A stretch of DNA of 64,000 nt. Origin: Amphiscolops sp. MND2022 (Eukaryota). Below the pieces are notes generated by a model that was not told where the DNA came from, did not search any database, and was given only the letters and a program-made list of their open reading frames with translations. The position numbers and the translations under genes are program-made. Positions 1 through 15,332 of the stretch are shown in pieces (position 1 is the stretch's first letter; every line of letters starts with the position of its first letter). The stretch covers positions 98,954,001 to 99,018,000 of the forward strand of contig OZ076409.1 of NCBI GenBank assembly GCA_964187785.1, given 5' to 3'.

Positions 1-537
1 TTCTGCTTGAATGAAGAATTGCACAATCTTTAACGACATTTTTTTCGAAATTCTTACAATAGGATGCTCAAATGGTTACAACTATAATCGAATTTTGAAC
101 AATGAACCCTTTAAACAAATTCTTTCAATTCTCGTGATTAGAAGGAGGTTTATTGGGAAGAATATACCTTTATATCTTGAGCCCTTTTTCTAGCACCCTT
201 GTGATTAATTGAATTCTTCATCTACTTTTCACAGCGAAGCAGTTAGACGCTTGAGATTCACGCAGATTGATCCAAAATGATCTTTTTGCAGAAAAGTGTC
301 TTTTATGTTGCAAAGCATCGACATCATTTTGTGAAGTGGCGGCATCGTAAACAAATTAGGCTGAAAGACGTTCTTTGAATGTGAGGTTTCTCGGAGCAAG
401 ATGGTAAATTATTTTGAGAGTAATCACGTTCTAAAATGACGTTCATTTGAGAACGCGAACATTGCAGCCAAATATTTTATTATTGAGAGGAAGATTGCAT
501 AATTAGGCACTGTACTTGAAGTGTGTACCGTCTTCAT

Positions 538-1752
538 TTTTCAGTCGGCGCTTTTCTAGAGAAAAGAGTCGACTATAGTCATGGCTTTTCGTCAGTGTTT
601 TTTAAGACCACCTGAACTGACCAATATAGTTCTACCAAAAGTTCTACAAAATTTCAAATTTCACCTGTTGGCCCAGGGAACAACTGAACCAAAAAGTTTC
701 CCGCATAGCATACAATGCCGGACGAGACCAAAGGCTCCCCCTTTCAGTTTTTTCGGCATTGCGAGACTTTTTTTCGGAAAAAAATTTTCCCCAAAGGGTC
801 CCCCTTCAATTTTTTTGGGTTTTACTAATCATATGATTTTCTGAAGAAAAAAACTTGCAAGAATTCCTTGTTACTACTATTCACTTTTTAGTCTGCGCAT
901 TTTACTCCGACTATTACAGTGGCGAATTGTTTGTCAGATGACAATCTCACTGTGAATGGTCAACTTTTTGTACATCTTTCATCTCCAACAGGCACTCCTG
1001 CGACTGCTGTGGTCCAGCACGCTATATCCGAACTTGTGACGTTATATCCGAAGTAACTTGCGTTTCACTAAAGATGAGACGGAGGTTCGAAAATATTGCG
1101 ATATATCCGAATTTTTGACGTCCTATTCGAGCTATGTGGCGTTTTATTACGGAGGAGGCAGAGTTTGGAAAGTTTTTGCGCTATATCCGAATTTTTTAAA
1201 AGTTTTGAATGTTCTAGCAGAAAGCTCAATGTTAAGAGTAGGAATCCTTGGAATGCGCACAGAAGCCTGTACCAGTAGTTGTATTTTTCAGGGACAGTGA
1301 AAGGTCAATTTTCTACGGACTTTGCGCCTGTGTTTTAAAGGATACGCAAGAATGCTAAAGTGTTACTGTGTCTTCAAAACTGCATGGGACAAACGGGTTT
1401 CCTTAAAGTTTTTTCTGTGCGACTTTTTTTTGCGAAATTTCTATCACCTCACAGCCGGTCCCCCTTCGATTTAAAAAAAAGTTTTTAGTTTAGGCAACAC
1501 GTTTCAAGAACGTGAAGTGTCCCCTTCAGGCTTTTCGGCACTGTGCGACTTTGTCAAAATTTTTGCTTATTTTGCTTGATATTTTTGATGTCTTCAATTA
1601 GTGAAGCGTTGAGCAAGAAAGGCACCCTTTGGGTGTTTCAATGCTTGTTTGTTTTTCATAGAGTTTTCCATTTAATGAAGTCCGAGCATATTTTAAAAAC
1701 TTGCGCTTTCTGAACCATATGTATGGCGCCGACTTGAGACGTTCCCGTTTTT
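538..1752 (+). mobile_element. Helentron-associated (HINE/DINE-1-like) non-autonomous element, long variant
   Basis: Starts tttt-cAGTCGGCGC-ttttc..gaaaag-agtcgact (subterminal IR plus stem-loop) and ends GGCGCCGACTtgagacgttcccgtttt. The internal cgctatatccgaa...ggaggttcgaaa block is shared with 43630-44528. Confidence 0.55.
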
Positions 1753-2073
1753 TCATTAGTCATGTGATTATCTGTCTCACCCTCAAACATTGTTAAGTCA
1801 GGTGTCATATATGTGGTTATATGGAGCTTTCAAAAATGTCACCTAAAAAGTACAAGTCATTTAAGACCTACAATATGACAGAGGGGGCGGTAGACTTCGG
1901 CCCATTTCGCCACGGTCACATGCACCTAAGCGCACGAGCGAAGCGAAGCAAAGCGGAACGGAACGCCGCGTCATTACCGGTATAGCCGCCTGTTTTGACG
2001 AAGGCGGACCCGGAGGGTGCGAATTGCCCCGTAAGGAGGAAGACTTAGTAATACAACAACTTTTCAATCATTT

Positions 2074-2473
2074 TTAGTCAGCGCTTTTCTTGAAAAGAGC
2101 CGACTTTAATCATGGCTTTTCGTCACTGTTTATTTTTTTTGATACACCTGAAGTGACCAAAATAGTTCTACCAAAAGTTCTACAAAATTTTAAATTGCCC
2201 TTGTTGGCCCATGGAACTGGACCAAAAAGGTTTCCTGCGTAACATACAATACCGGACGAGACCAAAGGGTCCCTTTCAGTTTTTTTCGGCACTGCCAGAC
2301 TTCTTTCGGGAAAAAACTTTCCCCAAATTTTCCCTTCAATTTTTTTCGGCATTGTGAGACTTTTTTCAAGAAAAATTCGGGTGCTGTAGAAGAGAATACT
2401 TTGACACTTTGAAGTCCTTTTGCTATTTTTGAGCCTTAGATACGTGGCCGACTTGGGCCGGTCCCGGCTTGTT
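2074..2473 (+). mobile_element. HINE/DINE-1-like non-autonomous element
   Basis: 5' ttttagtcagcgcttttc..gaaaagagccgact; 3' gccgacttgggccggtcccggcttgtt (subTIR, GCCG/CGGC hairpin, T-rich flank); no TSD. Confidence 0.65.
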
Positions 2474-2694
2474 TTTTACTTTTCAGATTAGTTCATTGAA
2501 AACTTTTTTGGGTTTCAATTCTAATAAATAGACTTGGGCGTTATTTGCAACTTGCTTTTGACGTCATTTGCTCCAAATATGACAAACTTCCAACATAACT
2601 GGATCCGTCTGATTAGACAACGTTGTAAGGTACACGTATGTTATAATTATAAAGTGAGGTACAATTTTTTCTATCTACACCATTTACATGCGTG

Positions 2695-3073
2695 CAGGGT
2701 TGGTTAAAAAACGTTGAAAAGTATTTTTTATACGTCTAAACGTTTTAAAACAGAGTTTGAGAGCTGAAAGTTCATTTGCCTTCATTATCACGAAAACTAC
2801 CCAGAAGAAAATTATGAATTCAGCAATACAGCGCATACAACAGGCCAGTTTACGGAATTTCTCAGGTTTCAGTCTATTCCGAATGTACGTGACCCATGGA
2901 TGAAAAAACTCTCTCCAGACCAGCTGAAGACGATGTGAAAAGATGTCTGCGAGAATAAAAAGAAACGTTAGCTGTTTCAAAACACTCCTGGAAAATGGCA
3001 TTGTTTAGAACTGTTTTAAAACAGTGTTTAAAGACAGTTTTAAAACACTCTGTTTTAAAACATGCCAACTCTG
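2695..3073. mobile_element. hAT-like MITE (same family as 41434-41862, opposite orientation)
   Basis: Ends CAGGGTTGG... and ...catgCCAACTCTG match the 41434-41862 copy. TSD is degenerate. Confidence 0.55.
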
Positions 3074-3076
3074 CAT

Positions 3077-3504
3077 TAGGGGTGTGCGGTTAAGGAAAAA
3101 ATTCAACTCGATCAATGATCACTCATTGACAGCTTATTAATTGAAAAGTCGGTGAAAATCAATGAATTCTGAAAAGGTTAAAAATTCATTATTTCAAAAG
3201 ATTTTCTTTGAGTAAAATTACCATTCTGAAGTTTGCTGGAGAAATACTCAGTCTCCCACTGGAAATAATGTTACCTCCGTCATACTCTTTTATTTGGTAC
3301 GTCTGTTCCGGGTATAGATATATATTCGAGAGCCAAATTTTGCGAGGAAATTGGACCTGACTTTTCTACATAGTTTCATTGAAACAGCCAATGAGAATAG
3401 AGATTGATTCAGTGACTGAATTTTTTAGCGCTGATGAAACCAATGAAATAAGTTGAACCCATCAATAGGTTTTCAATGAAATATCAATTAATCGCACACC
3501 CCTA
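3077..3504. mobile_element. hAT-like MITE, 428 bp, source of the satellite
   Basis: 17-bp TIR TAGGGGTGTGCGGTTAA / TTAATCGCACACCCCTA (1 mismatch); perfect 8-bp TSD CTCTGCAT at 3069-3076 and 3505-3512. Confidence 0.9.
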
Positions 3505-6500
3505 CTCTGCATTCATTTAAGTATTGAATGAAATATCAATTAATCGCACACCCCTACTCTGCATTCATTTAAGTATTGAATGAAATATCAATTAATCGCA
3601 CACCCCTACTCTGCATTCATTTAAGTATTGAATGAAATATCAAATAATCGCACACCCCTACTCTGCTTTCATTTAGGTATTGAACGAAATATCAATTAAT
3701 CGCACACCCCTACTCTGCATTCATTTAAGTATTGAATGAAATATCAATTATTCGCACACCCCTACTCTGCATTCATTTAAGTTTTGAATGAAATATCAAT
3801 TAATCGCACACCCCTACTCTGCATTCATTTAAGTATTGAATGAAATATCAATTAATCGCACACCCCTACTCTGCATTCATTTAAGTATTGAATGAAATAT
3901 CAATTAATCGCACACCCCTACTCTGCATTCATTTAAGTATTGAATGAAATATCAATTTATCGCACACCCCTACTCTGCATTCATTTAAGTATTGAATGAA
4001 ATATCAATTAATCGCACACCCCTACTCTGCATTCATTTAAGTATTGAATGAAATATCAATTAATCGCACACCCCTACTCTGCATTCATTTAAGTATTGAA
4101 TGAAATATCAATTAATCGCACACCCCTACTCTGCATTCATTTAAGTATTGATTGAAATATCAATTAATCGCACACCCCTACTCTGCATTCATTCAAGTAT
4201 TGAATGAAATATCAATTAATCGCACACCCCTACTCTGCATTCATTTAAGTATTGAATGAAATATCAATTAATCGCACACCCCTACTCTGCATTCATTTAA
4301 GTATTGAATGAAATATCAAATAATCGCACACCCCTACTCTGCATTCACTTACGTATTGAATGAAATATCAATTAATCGCACACCCCTGCTCTGCGTTCAT
4401 TTAAGTATTGAATGAAATATCAATTAATCGCACACCCCTACTCTGCATTCATTTAAGTATTGAATGAAATATCAAATAATCGCACACCCCTACTCTGCAT
4501 TCATTTAAGTATTGAATGAAATATCAATTAATCGCACACCCCTACTCTGCATTCATTTAAGTATTGAATGAAATATCAATTAATCGCACACCCCTACTCT
4601 GCATTCATTTAAGTATTGAATGAAATATCAATTAATCGCACACCCCTACTCTGCATTCATTTAAGTATTGAACGAAATATCAATTTATCGCACACCCCTA
4701 CTCTGCATTCATTTAAGTATTGAATAAAATATCAATTAATCGCACACCCCTACTCTGCATTCATTTAAGTATTGAATGAAATATCAATTAATGGCACACC
4801 CCTACTCTGCATTTATTCAAGTATTGATTGAAATATCAATTAATCGCACATCCCTACTCTGCATTCATTTAAGTATTGAATGAAATATCAATTAATCGCA
4901 CACCCCTACTCTGCATTCATTTAAGTATTGAATGAAATATCAATTAATCGCACACCCCTACTCTGCATTCATTTAAGTATTGAATGAAATATCAAATAGT
5001 CGCACACCCCTACTCTGCATTCATTTACGTATTGAATGAAATATCAATTAATCGCACACCCCTACTCTGCATTCATTTAAGTATTGAATGAAATATCAAT
5101 CAATCGCACACCCCTACTCTGCATTCATTTAAGTATTGAATGAAATATCAATTAATCGCACACCCCTTCTCTGCATTCATTTAAGTATTGAATGAAATAT
5201 CAATTAATCGCACACCCCTACTCTGCATTCATTTAAGTATTGAATGAAATATCAATTAATGGCACACCCCTACTCTGCATTTATTCAAGTATTGATTGAA
5301 ATATCAATTAATCGCTTACCCCTACTCTGCATTCATTTAAGTATTGAATGAAATATCAATTAATCGCACACCCCTACTCTGCATTCATTTAAGTATTGAA
5401 TGAAATATCAATTAATCGCACACCCCTACTCTGCATTCATTTAAGTATTGAATGAAATATCAAATAGTCGCACACCCCTACTCTGCATTCATTTACGTAT
5501 TGAATGAAATATCAATTAATCGCACACCCCTACTCTGCATTCATTTAAGTATTGATTGAAATATCAATTAATCGCACACCCCTACTCTGCATTCATTTAA
5601 GTATTGAATGAAATATCAATTAATCGCACACCCCTACTCTGCATTCATTTAAGTATTGAATGAAATATCAATTAATCGCACACCCCTACTCTGCATTCAT
5701 TTAAGTATTGAATGAAATATCAAAGAATCGCACACCCCTACTCTGCGTTCATTTAAATATTGAATGAAATATCATTTAATCGCACACCCCTACTCTGCAT
5801 TCATTTAGGTTTTGAAAGAAATATCAATTATTCGCACACCCCTACTCTGCATTCATTTAAGTATTGAATGAAATATCAATTAATTGCTCACCCCTACTCT
5901 GCATTCATTTAGGTATTGAATGAAATATCAATTAATCGCACACCCCTACTCTGCATTCATTTAGGTATTGAATGAAATATCAATTAATCGCACACCCCTA
6001 CTCTGCATTCATTTAAGTATTGAATGAAATATCAATTAATCGCACACCCCTACTCTGCATTCATTTAAGTAATGAATGAAATATCAATTAATCGCACACC
6101 CCTACTCTGCATTCATTTAAATATTGAATGAAATATCAATTAATCGCACACCCCTACTGTGCATTCATTTAAGTATTGAATGAAATATCAACTAATCGCA
6201 CACCCTTACTCTGCATTCATTTAAGTATTGAATGAAAAATCAATTAATCGCACACCCCTACTCTGTATTCATTTAAGTATTGAACGAAATATCAATTAAT
6301 CGCACACCCCTACTCTGCATTCATTTAAGTATTGAATGAAATATCAATTAATCGCACACCCCTACTCTGCATTCATTTAAGTATTGAAGGAAATATCAAT
6401 TAATGGCACACCCCTACTCTGCATTTATTCAAGTATTGATTGAAATATCAATTAATCGCACACCCCTACTCTGCATTCATTTAGGTATTGAATGAAATAT

Positions 6501-9500
6501 CAATTAATCGCACACCCCTACTCTGCATTCATTTAAGTATTGAATGAAATATCAATTATTCGCACACCCCTACTCTGCATTCATTTAAGTATTGAATGAA
6601 ATATCAAGTAGTCGCACACCCCTACTCTGCATTCATTTACGTATCGAATGAAATATCAATTAATCGCACACCCCTACTCTGCATTCATTTAAGTATTGAA
6701 TGAAATATCAATTAATCGCACACCCCTAATCTGCATTCATTTAAGTATTGAATGAAATATCACATAATCGCACACCCCTACTCTGCATTCATTTAAGTAT
6801 TGATTGAAATATCAATTAATCGCACACCCCTACTCTGCATTCATTTAAGTATTGAATGAAATATCAATTAACCGCACACCCCTACTGTGCATTCATTTAA
6901 GTATTGAATGAAATATCAATTAATTGCACACCCCTACTCTGCATTCATTTAAGTATTGAATGAAATATCAATTAATCGCACACCCCTACTCTGCATTCAT
7001 TTAAGTATTGAATGAAATATCAATTAATCGCACACCCCTACTCTGCATTCATTTAAGTATTGAATGAAATATCAATTAATCGCACACCCCTACTCTGCAT
7101 TCATTTAAGTATTGAATGAAATATCCATTAATCGCACACCCCTTCTCTGCATTCATTTAAGTATTGATTGAAATATCAATTAATCGCACACCCCTACTCT
7201 GCATTCATTTAAGTATTGAATGAAATATCAATTAATCGCACACCCCTACTGTGCATTCTTTTGGGTATTGAAAGAAATATCAATTAATCGCACACCCCTA
7301 CTCTGCATTCATTTAAGTATTGAATGAAAAATCAATTAATCGCACACCCCTACTCTGCATTCATTTAAGTATTGAATGAAATATCAAATAATCGCACACC
7401 CCTACTCTGCATTCATTTAAGTATTGAATGAAATATCAATTAATCGCACACCCCTACTGTGCCTTCATTTAGGTATTGAATGAAATATCAATTAATCGCA
7501 CACCCCTACTCTGCATTCAATTAAGTATTGAATGAAATATCAATTAATCGCACACCCCTACTCTGCATTCATTTAAGTATTGAATGAAATATCAATTAAT
7601 CGCACACCCCTACTGTGCATTCATTTAAGTATTGAATGAAATATCAATTAATCGCACACCCCTACTCTGCATTCATTTAAGTATTGAATGAAACATCAAT
7701 TATTCGCACACCCCTACTCTGCATTCATTTAAGTATTGAATGAAATATCAATTAATCGCACACCCCTACTCTGCATTCATTTAAGTATTGAATGAAATAT
7801 CAATTAATCGCACACCCCTACTCTGCATTCATTTAAGTATTGAATGAAATATCAATTAATCGCACACCCCTACTCTGCATTCATTTAAGTATTGAATGAA
7901 ATATCAATTAATCGCACACCCCTACTCTGCATTCATTTAAGTATTGAATGAAATATCAATTAATCGCACACCCCTACTCTGCATTCATTTAGGTATTGAA
8001 TGAAATATCAATTAATCGCACACCCCTACTCTGCATTCATTTAAGTATTGAATGAAATATCAATTAATCGCACACCCCTACTGTGCATTCATTTAAGTAT
8101 TGAATGAAATATCAATTAATCGCACACCCCTACTCTGCATTCATTTAAGTATTGAATGAAATATCAATTAATCGCACAACCCTACTGTGCATTCATTTAA
8201 ATATTGAATGAAAGATCAATTAATCGCACACCCCTACTCTGCATTCATTTAAGTATTGAATGAAATATCAATCAATCGCACACCCCTACTCTGCATTCAT
8301 TTAAGTATTGAATGAAATATCAATTAATCGCACACCCCTACTCTGCATTCATTTAAGTATTGAATGAAATATCAATTAATCGCACACCCCTACTCTGCAT
8401 TCATTTAAGTATTGAATGAAATATCAATTAATCGCACACCCCTACTCTGCATTCATTTAAGTATTGAATGAAATATCAATTAATCGCACACCCCTACTCT
8501 GCATTCATTTAAGTATTGAATGAAATATCAATTAATCGCACACCCCTACTGTGCATTCATTTAAGTATTGAATGAAATATCAACTAATCGCACACCCCTA
8601 CTCTGCATTCATTTAGGTATTGAATGAAATATCAATTAATCGCACACCCCTACTGTGCATTCATTTAAGTATTGAATGAAATATCAATTAATCGCACACC
8701 CCTACTCTGCATTCATTTAAGTATTGAATGAAATATCAATTAATCGCACAACCCTACTGTGCATTCATTTAAGTATTGAATGAAATATCAATTAATCGCA
8801 CACCCCTACTCTGCATTCATTTAAGTATTGAATGAAATATCAATTAATCGCACACCCCTACTCTGCATTCATTTAAGTATTGAATGAAAAATCAATTAAT
8901 CGCACACCCCTACTCTGCATTCATTTAAGTATTGAATGAAATATCAATTAATCGCACACCCCTACTCTGCATTCATTTAAGTATTGAATGAAATATCAAT
9001 TAATCGCACACCCCTACTGTGCATTCATTTAAGTATTGAATGAAATATCAATTAATCGCACACCCCTACTCTGCATTCATTTAAGTATTGAATGAAATAT
9101 CAATTAATCGCACACCCCTACTGTGCATTCATTTAAGTATTGAATGAAATATCAACTAATCGCACACCCCTACTCTGCATTCATTTAGGTATTGAATGAA
9201 ATATCAATTAATCGCACACCCCTACTGTGCATTCATTTAAGTATTGAATGAAATATCAATTAATCGCACACCCCTACTCTGCATTCATTTAAGTATTGAA
9301 TGAAATATCAATTAATCGCACAACCCTACTGTGCATTCATTTAAGTATTGAATGAAATATCAATTAATCGCACACCCCTACTCTGCATTCATTTAAGTAT
9401 TGAATGAAATATCAATTAATCGCACACCCCTACTGTGCATTCATTTAAGTATTGAATGAAATATCAATTAATCGCACACCCCTACTGTGCATTCATTTAA

Positions 9501-12500
9501 GTATTGAATGAAATATCAATTAATCGCACACCCCTACTCTGCATTCATTTAAGTATTGAATGAAATATCAATTAATTGCACACCCCTACTGTGCATTCAT
9601 TTAAGTATTGAATGAAATATCAACTAATCGCACACCCCTACTCTGCATTCATTTAGGTATTGAATGAAATATCAATTAATCGCACACCCCTACTGTGCAT
9701 TCATTTAAGTATTGAATGAAATATCAATTAATCGCACACCCCTACTCTGCATTCATTTAAGTATTGAATGAAATATCAATTAATCGCACACCCCTACTGT
9801 GCATTCATTTAAGTATTGAATGAAATATCAATTAATCGCACACCCCTACTGTGCATTCATTTAAGTATTGAATGAAATATCAATTAATCGCACACCCCTA
9901 CTCTGCATTCATTTAAGTATTGAATGAAATATCAATTAATCGCACACCCCTACTCTGCATTCATTTAAGTATTGAATGAAATATCAATTAATCGCACACC
10001 CCTACTCTGCATTCATTTAAGTATTGAATGAAATATCAATTAATTGCACACCCCTACTCTGCATTCATTTAAGTATTGAATGAAATATCAATTAATCGCA
10101 CACCCCTACTGTGCATTCATTTAAGTATTGAATGAAATATCAATTAATCGCACACCCCTACTCTGCATTCATTTAAGTATTGAATGAAATATCAATTAAT
10201 CGCACACCCCTACTGTGCATTCATTTAAGTATTGAATGAAATATCAACTAATCGCACACCCCTACTCTGCATTCATTTAGGTATTGAATGAAATATCAAT
10301 TAATCGCACACCCCTACTGTGCATTCATTTAAGTATTGAATGAAATATCAATTAATCGCACACCCCTACTCTGCATTCATTTAAGTATTGAATGAAATAT
10401 CAATTAATCGCACACCCCTACTGTGCATTCATTTAAGTATTGAATGAAATATCAATTAATCGCACACCCCTACTCTGCATTCATTTAAGTATTGAATGAA
10501 ATATCAATTAATCGCACAACCCTACTGTGCATTCATTTAAATATTGAATGAAAGATCAATTAATCGCACACCCCTACTCTGCATTCATTTAAGTATTGAA
10601 TGAAATATCAATCAATCGCACACCCCTACTCTGCATTCATTTAAGTATTGAATGAAATATCAATTAATCGCACACCCCTACTCTGCATTCATTTAAGTAT
10701 TGAATGAAATATCAATTAATCGCACACCCCTACTCTGCATTCATTTAAGTATTGAATGAAATATCAATTAATCGCACACCCCTACTCTGCATTCATTTAA
10801 GTATTGAATGAAATATCAATTAATCGCACACCCCTACTCTGCATTCATTTAAGTATTGAATGAAATATCAATTAATCGCACACCCCTACTGTGCATTCAT
10901 TTAAGTATTGAATGAAATATCAACTAATCGCACACCCCTACTCTGCATTCATTTAGGTATTGAATGAAATATCAATTAATCGCACACCCCTACTGTGCAT
11001 TCATTTAAGTATTGAATGAAATATCAATTAATCGCACACCCCTACTCTGCATTCATTTAAGTATTGAATGAAATATCAATTAATCGCACAACCCTACTGT
11101 GCATTCATTTAAGTATTGAATGAAATATCAATTAATCGCACACCCCTACTCTGCATTCATTTAAGTATTGAATGAAATATCAATTAATCGCACACCCCTA
11201 CTCTGCATTCATTTAAGTATTGAATGAAATATCAATTAATCGCACACCCCTACTCTGCATTCATTTAAGTATTGAATGAAATATCAATTAATCGCACACC
11301 CCTACTCTGCATTCATTTAAGTATTGAATGAAATATCAATTAATCGCACACCCCTACTGTGCATTCATTTAAGTATTGAATGAAATATCAATTAATCGCA
11401 CACCCCTACTCTGCATTCATTTAAGTATTGAATGAAATATCAATTAATCGCACACCCCTACTGTGCATTCATTTAAGTATTGAATGAAATATCAACTAAT
11501 CGCACACCCCTACTCTGCATTCATTTAGGTATTGAATGAAATATCAATTAATCGCACACCCCTACTGTGCATTCATTTAAGTATTGAATGAAATATCAAT
11601 TAATCGCACACCCCTACTCTGCATTCATTTAAGTATTGAATGAAATATCAAATTATCGCACAACCCTACTGTGCATTCATTTAAGTATTGAATGAAATAT
11701 CAATTAATCGCACACCCCTACTCTGCATTCATTTAAGTATTGAATGAAATATCAATTAATCGCACACCCCTACTGTGCATTCATTTAAGTATTGAATGAA
11801 ATATCAATTAATCGCACACCCCTACTCTGCATTCATTTAAGTATTGAATGAAATATCAATTAATCGCACACCCCTACTCTGCATTTATTTAAGTATTGAA
11901 TGAAATATCAATTAATCGCACACCCCTACTCTGCATTCATTTAAGTATTGAATGAAATATCAATTAATCGCACACCCCTACTCTGCATTCATTTAAGTAT
12001 TGAAGGAAATATCAATTAATCGCACACCCCTACTCTGCATTCATTTAAGTATTGAATGAAATATCAATTAATCGCACACCCCTACTCTGCATTCATTTAA
12101 GTATTGAATGAAATATCAATTAATCGCACACCCCTACTCTGCATTCATTTAAGTATTGAATGAAATATCAATTAATCGCACACCCCTACTGTGCATTCAT
12201 TTAAGTATTGAATGAAATATCAATTAATCGCACACCCCTACTCTGCATTCATTTAAGTATTGAATGAAATATCAATTAATCGCACACCCCTACTCTGCAT
12301 TCATTTAAGTATTGAATGAAATATCAATTAATCGCACACCCCTACTCTGCATTCATTTAAGTATTGAATGAAATATCAATTAATCGCACACCCCTACTCT
12401 GCATTCATTTAAGTATTGAATGAAATATCAATTAATCGCACACCCCTACTCTGTATTCATTTAAGTATTGAATGAAATATCAATTAATCGCACACCCCTA

Positions 12501-15332
12501 CTCTGCATTCATTTAAGTATTGAATGAAATATCAATTAATCGCACACCCCTACTCTGCATTCATTTAAGTATTGAATGAAATATCAATTAATCGCACACC
12601 CCTACTCTGCATTCATTTAAGTATTGAATGAAATATCAATTAATCGCACACCCCTACTCTGCATTCATTTAAGTATTGAATGAAAGATCAATTAATCGCA
12701 CACCCCTACTGTGCATTCATTTAAGTATTGAATGAAATATCAATTAATCGCACACCCCTACTCTGCATTCATTTAAGTATTGAATGAAATATCAATTAAT
12801 CGCACACCCCTACTCTGCATTCATTTAAGTATTGAATGAAATATCAATTAATCGCACACCCCTACTCTGCATTCATTTAAGTATTGAATGAAATATCAAT
12901 TAATCGCACACCCTTACTCTGCATTCATTTAAGTATTGAATGAAATATCAATTAATCGCACACCCCTACTCTGCATTCATTTAAGTATTGAATGAAATAT
13001 CAATTAATCGCACACCCCTACTCTGCATTCATTTAAGTATTGAAGGAAATATCAATTAATCGCACACCCCTACTCTGCATTCATTTAAGTATTGAATGAA
13101 ATATCAATTAATCGCACACCCCTACTCTGCATTCATTTAAGTATTGAATGAAATATCAATTAATCGCACACCCCTACTCTGCATTCATTTAAGTATTGAA
13201 TGAAATATCAATTAATCGCACACCCCTACTGTGCATTCATTTAAGTATTGAATGAAATATCAATTAATCGCACACCCCTACTCTGCATTCATTTAAGTAT
13301 TGAATGAAATATCAATTAATCGCACACCCCTACTCTGCATTCATTTAAGTATTGAATGAAATATCAATTAATCGCACACCCCTACTCTGCATTCATTTAA
13401 GTATTGAATGAAATATCAATTAATCGCACACCCCTACTCTGCATTCATTTAAGTATTGAATGAAATATCAATTAATCGCACACCCCTACTCTGCATTCAT
13501 TTAAGTATTGAATGAAATATCAATTAATCGCACACCCCTACTCTGCATTCATTTAAGTATTGAAGGAAATATCAATTAATCGCACACCCCTACTCTGCAT
13601 TCATTTAAGTATTGAATGAAATATCAATTAATCGCACACCCCTACTCTGCATTCATTTAAGTATTGAATGAAATATCAATTAATCGCACACCCCTACTCT
13701 GCATTCATTTAAGTATTGAATGAAATATCAATTAATCGCACACCCCTACTGTGCATTCATTTAAGTATTGAATGAAATATCAATTAATCGCACACCCCTA
13801 CTCTGCATTCATTTAAGTATTGAATGAAATATCAATTAATCGCACACCCCTACTCTGCATTCATTTAAGTATTGAATGAAATATCAATTAATCGCACACC
13901 CCTACTCTGCATTCATTTAAGTATTGAATGAAATATCAATTAATCGCACACCCCTACTCTGCATTCATTTAAGTATTGAATGAAATATCAATTTATCGCA
14001 CACCCCTACTCTGCATTCATTTAAGTATTGAATGAAATATCAATTAATCGCACACCCCTACTGTGCATTCATTTAAGTATTGAATGAAATATCAATTAAT
14101 CGCACACCCCTACTCTGCATTCATTTAAGTATTGAATGAAATATCAATTAATCGCACACCCCTACTGTGCATTCATTTAAGTATTGAATGAAATATCAAT
14201 TAATCGCACACCCCTACTCTGCATTCATTTAAGTATTGAATGAAATATCAATTAATCGCACACCCCTACTCTGCATTCATTTAAGTATTGAATGAAATAT
14301 CAATTAATCGCACACCCCTACTCTGCATTCATTTAAGTATTGAATGAAATATCAATTAATCGCACACCCCTACTCTGCATTCATTTAAGTATTGAATGAA
14401 ATATCAATTAATCGCACACCCCTACTGTGCATTCATTTAAGTATTGAATGAAATATCAATTAATCGCACACCCCTACTCTGCATTCATTTAAGTATTGAA
14501 TGAAATATCAATTAATCGCACACCCCTACTCTGCATTCATTTAAGTATTGAATGAAATATCAATTAATCGCACACCCCTACTCTGCATTCATTTAAGTAT
14601 TGAATGAAATATCAATTAATCGCACACCCCTACTCTGCATTCATTTAAGTATTGAATGAAATATCAATTAATCGCACACCCCTACTCTGCATTCATTTAA
14701 GTATTGAATGAAATATCAATTAATCGCACACCCCTACTCTGCATTCATTTAAGTATTGAATGAAATATCAATTAATCGCACACCCCTACTCTGCATTCAT
14801 TTAAGTATTGAATGAAATATCAATTAATCGCACACCCCTACTCTGCATTCATTTAAGTATTGAATGAAATATCAATTAATCGCACACCCCTACTCTGCAT
14901 TCATTTAAGTATTGAATGAAATATCAATTAATCGCACACCCCTACTCTGCATTCATTTAAGTATTGAATGAAATATCAATTAATCGCACACCCCTACTCT
15001 GCATTCATTTAAGTATTGAATGAAATATCAATTAATCGCACACCCCTACTGTGCATTCATTTAAGTATTGAATGAAATATCAATTAATCGCACACCCCTA
15101 CTCTGCATTCATTTAAGTATTGAATGAAATATCAATTAATCGCACACCCCTACTCTGCATTCATTTAAGTATTGAATGAAATATCAATTAATCGCACACC
15201 CCTACTGTGCATTCATTTAAGTATTGAATGAAATATCAATTAATCGCACACCCCTACTCTGCATTCATTTAAGTATTGAATGAAATATCAATTAATCGCA
15301 CACCCCTACTCTGCATTCATTTAAGTATTGAA
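3477..15332. repeat. 52-bp tandem satellite, 228 copies
   Basis: Unit TGAAATATCAATTAATCGCACACCCCTACTCTGCATTCATTTAAGTATTGAA. Length 11856 bp = 228 x 52. Phase is conserved every 780 bp across the array (no net indels). No spacers. Confidence 0.98.

Noticed and set aside
3477..15332. CRISPR-like array
   Set aside because: Head-to-tail units with no unique spacers, no cas genes, eukaryotic context; origin explained by the MITE end.
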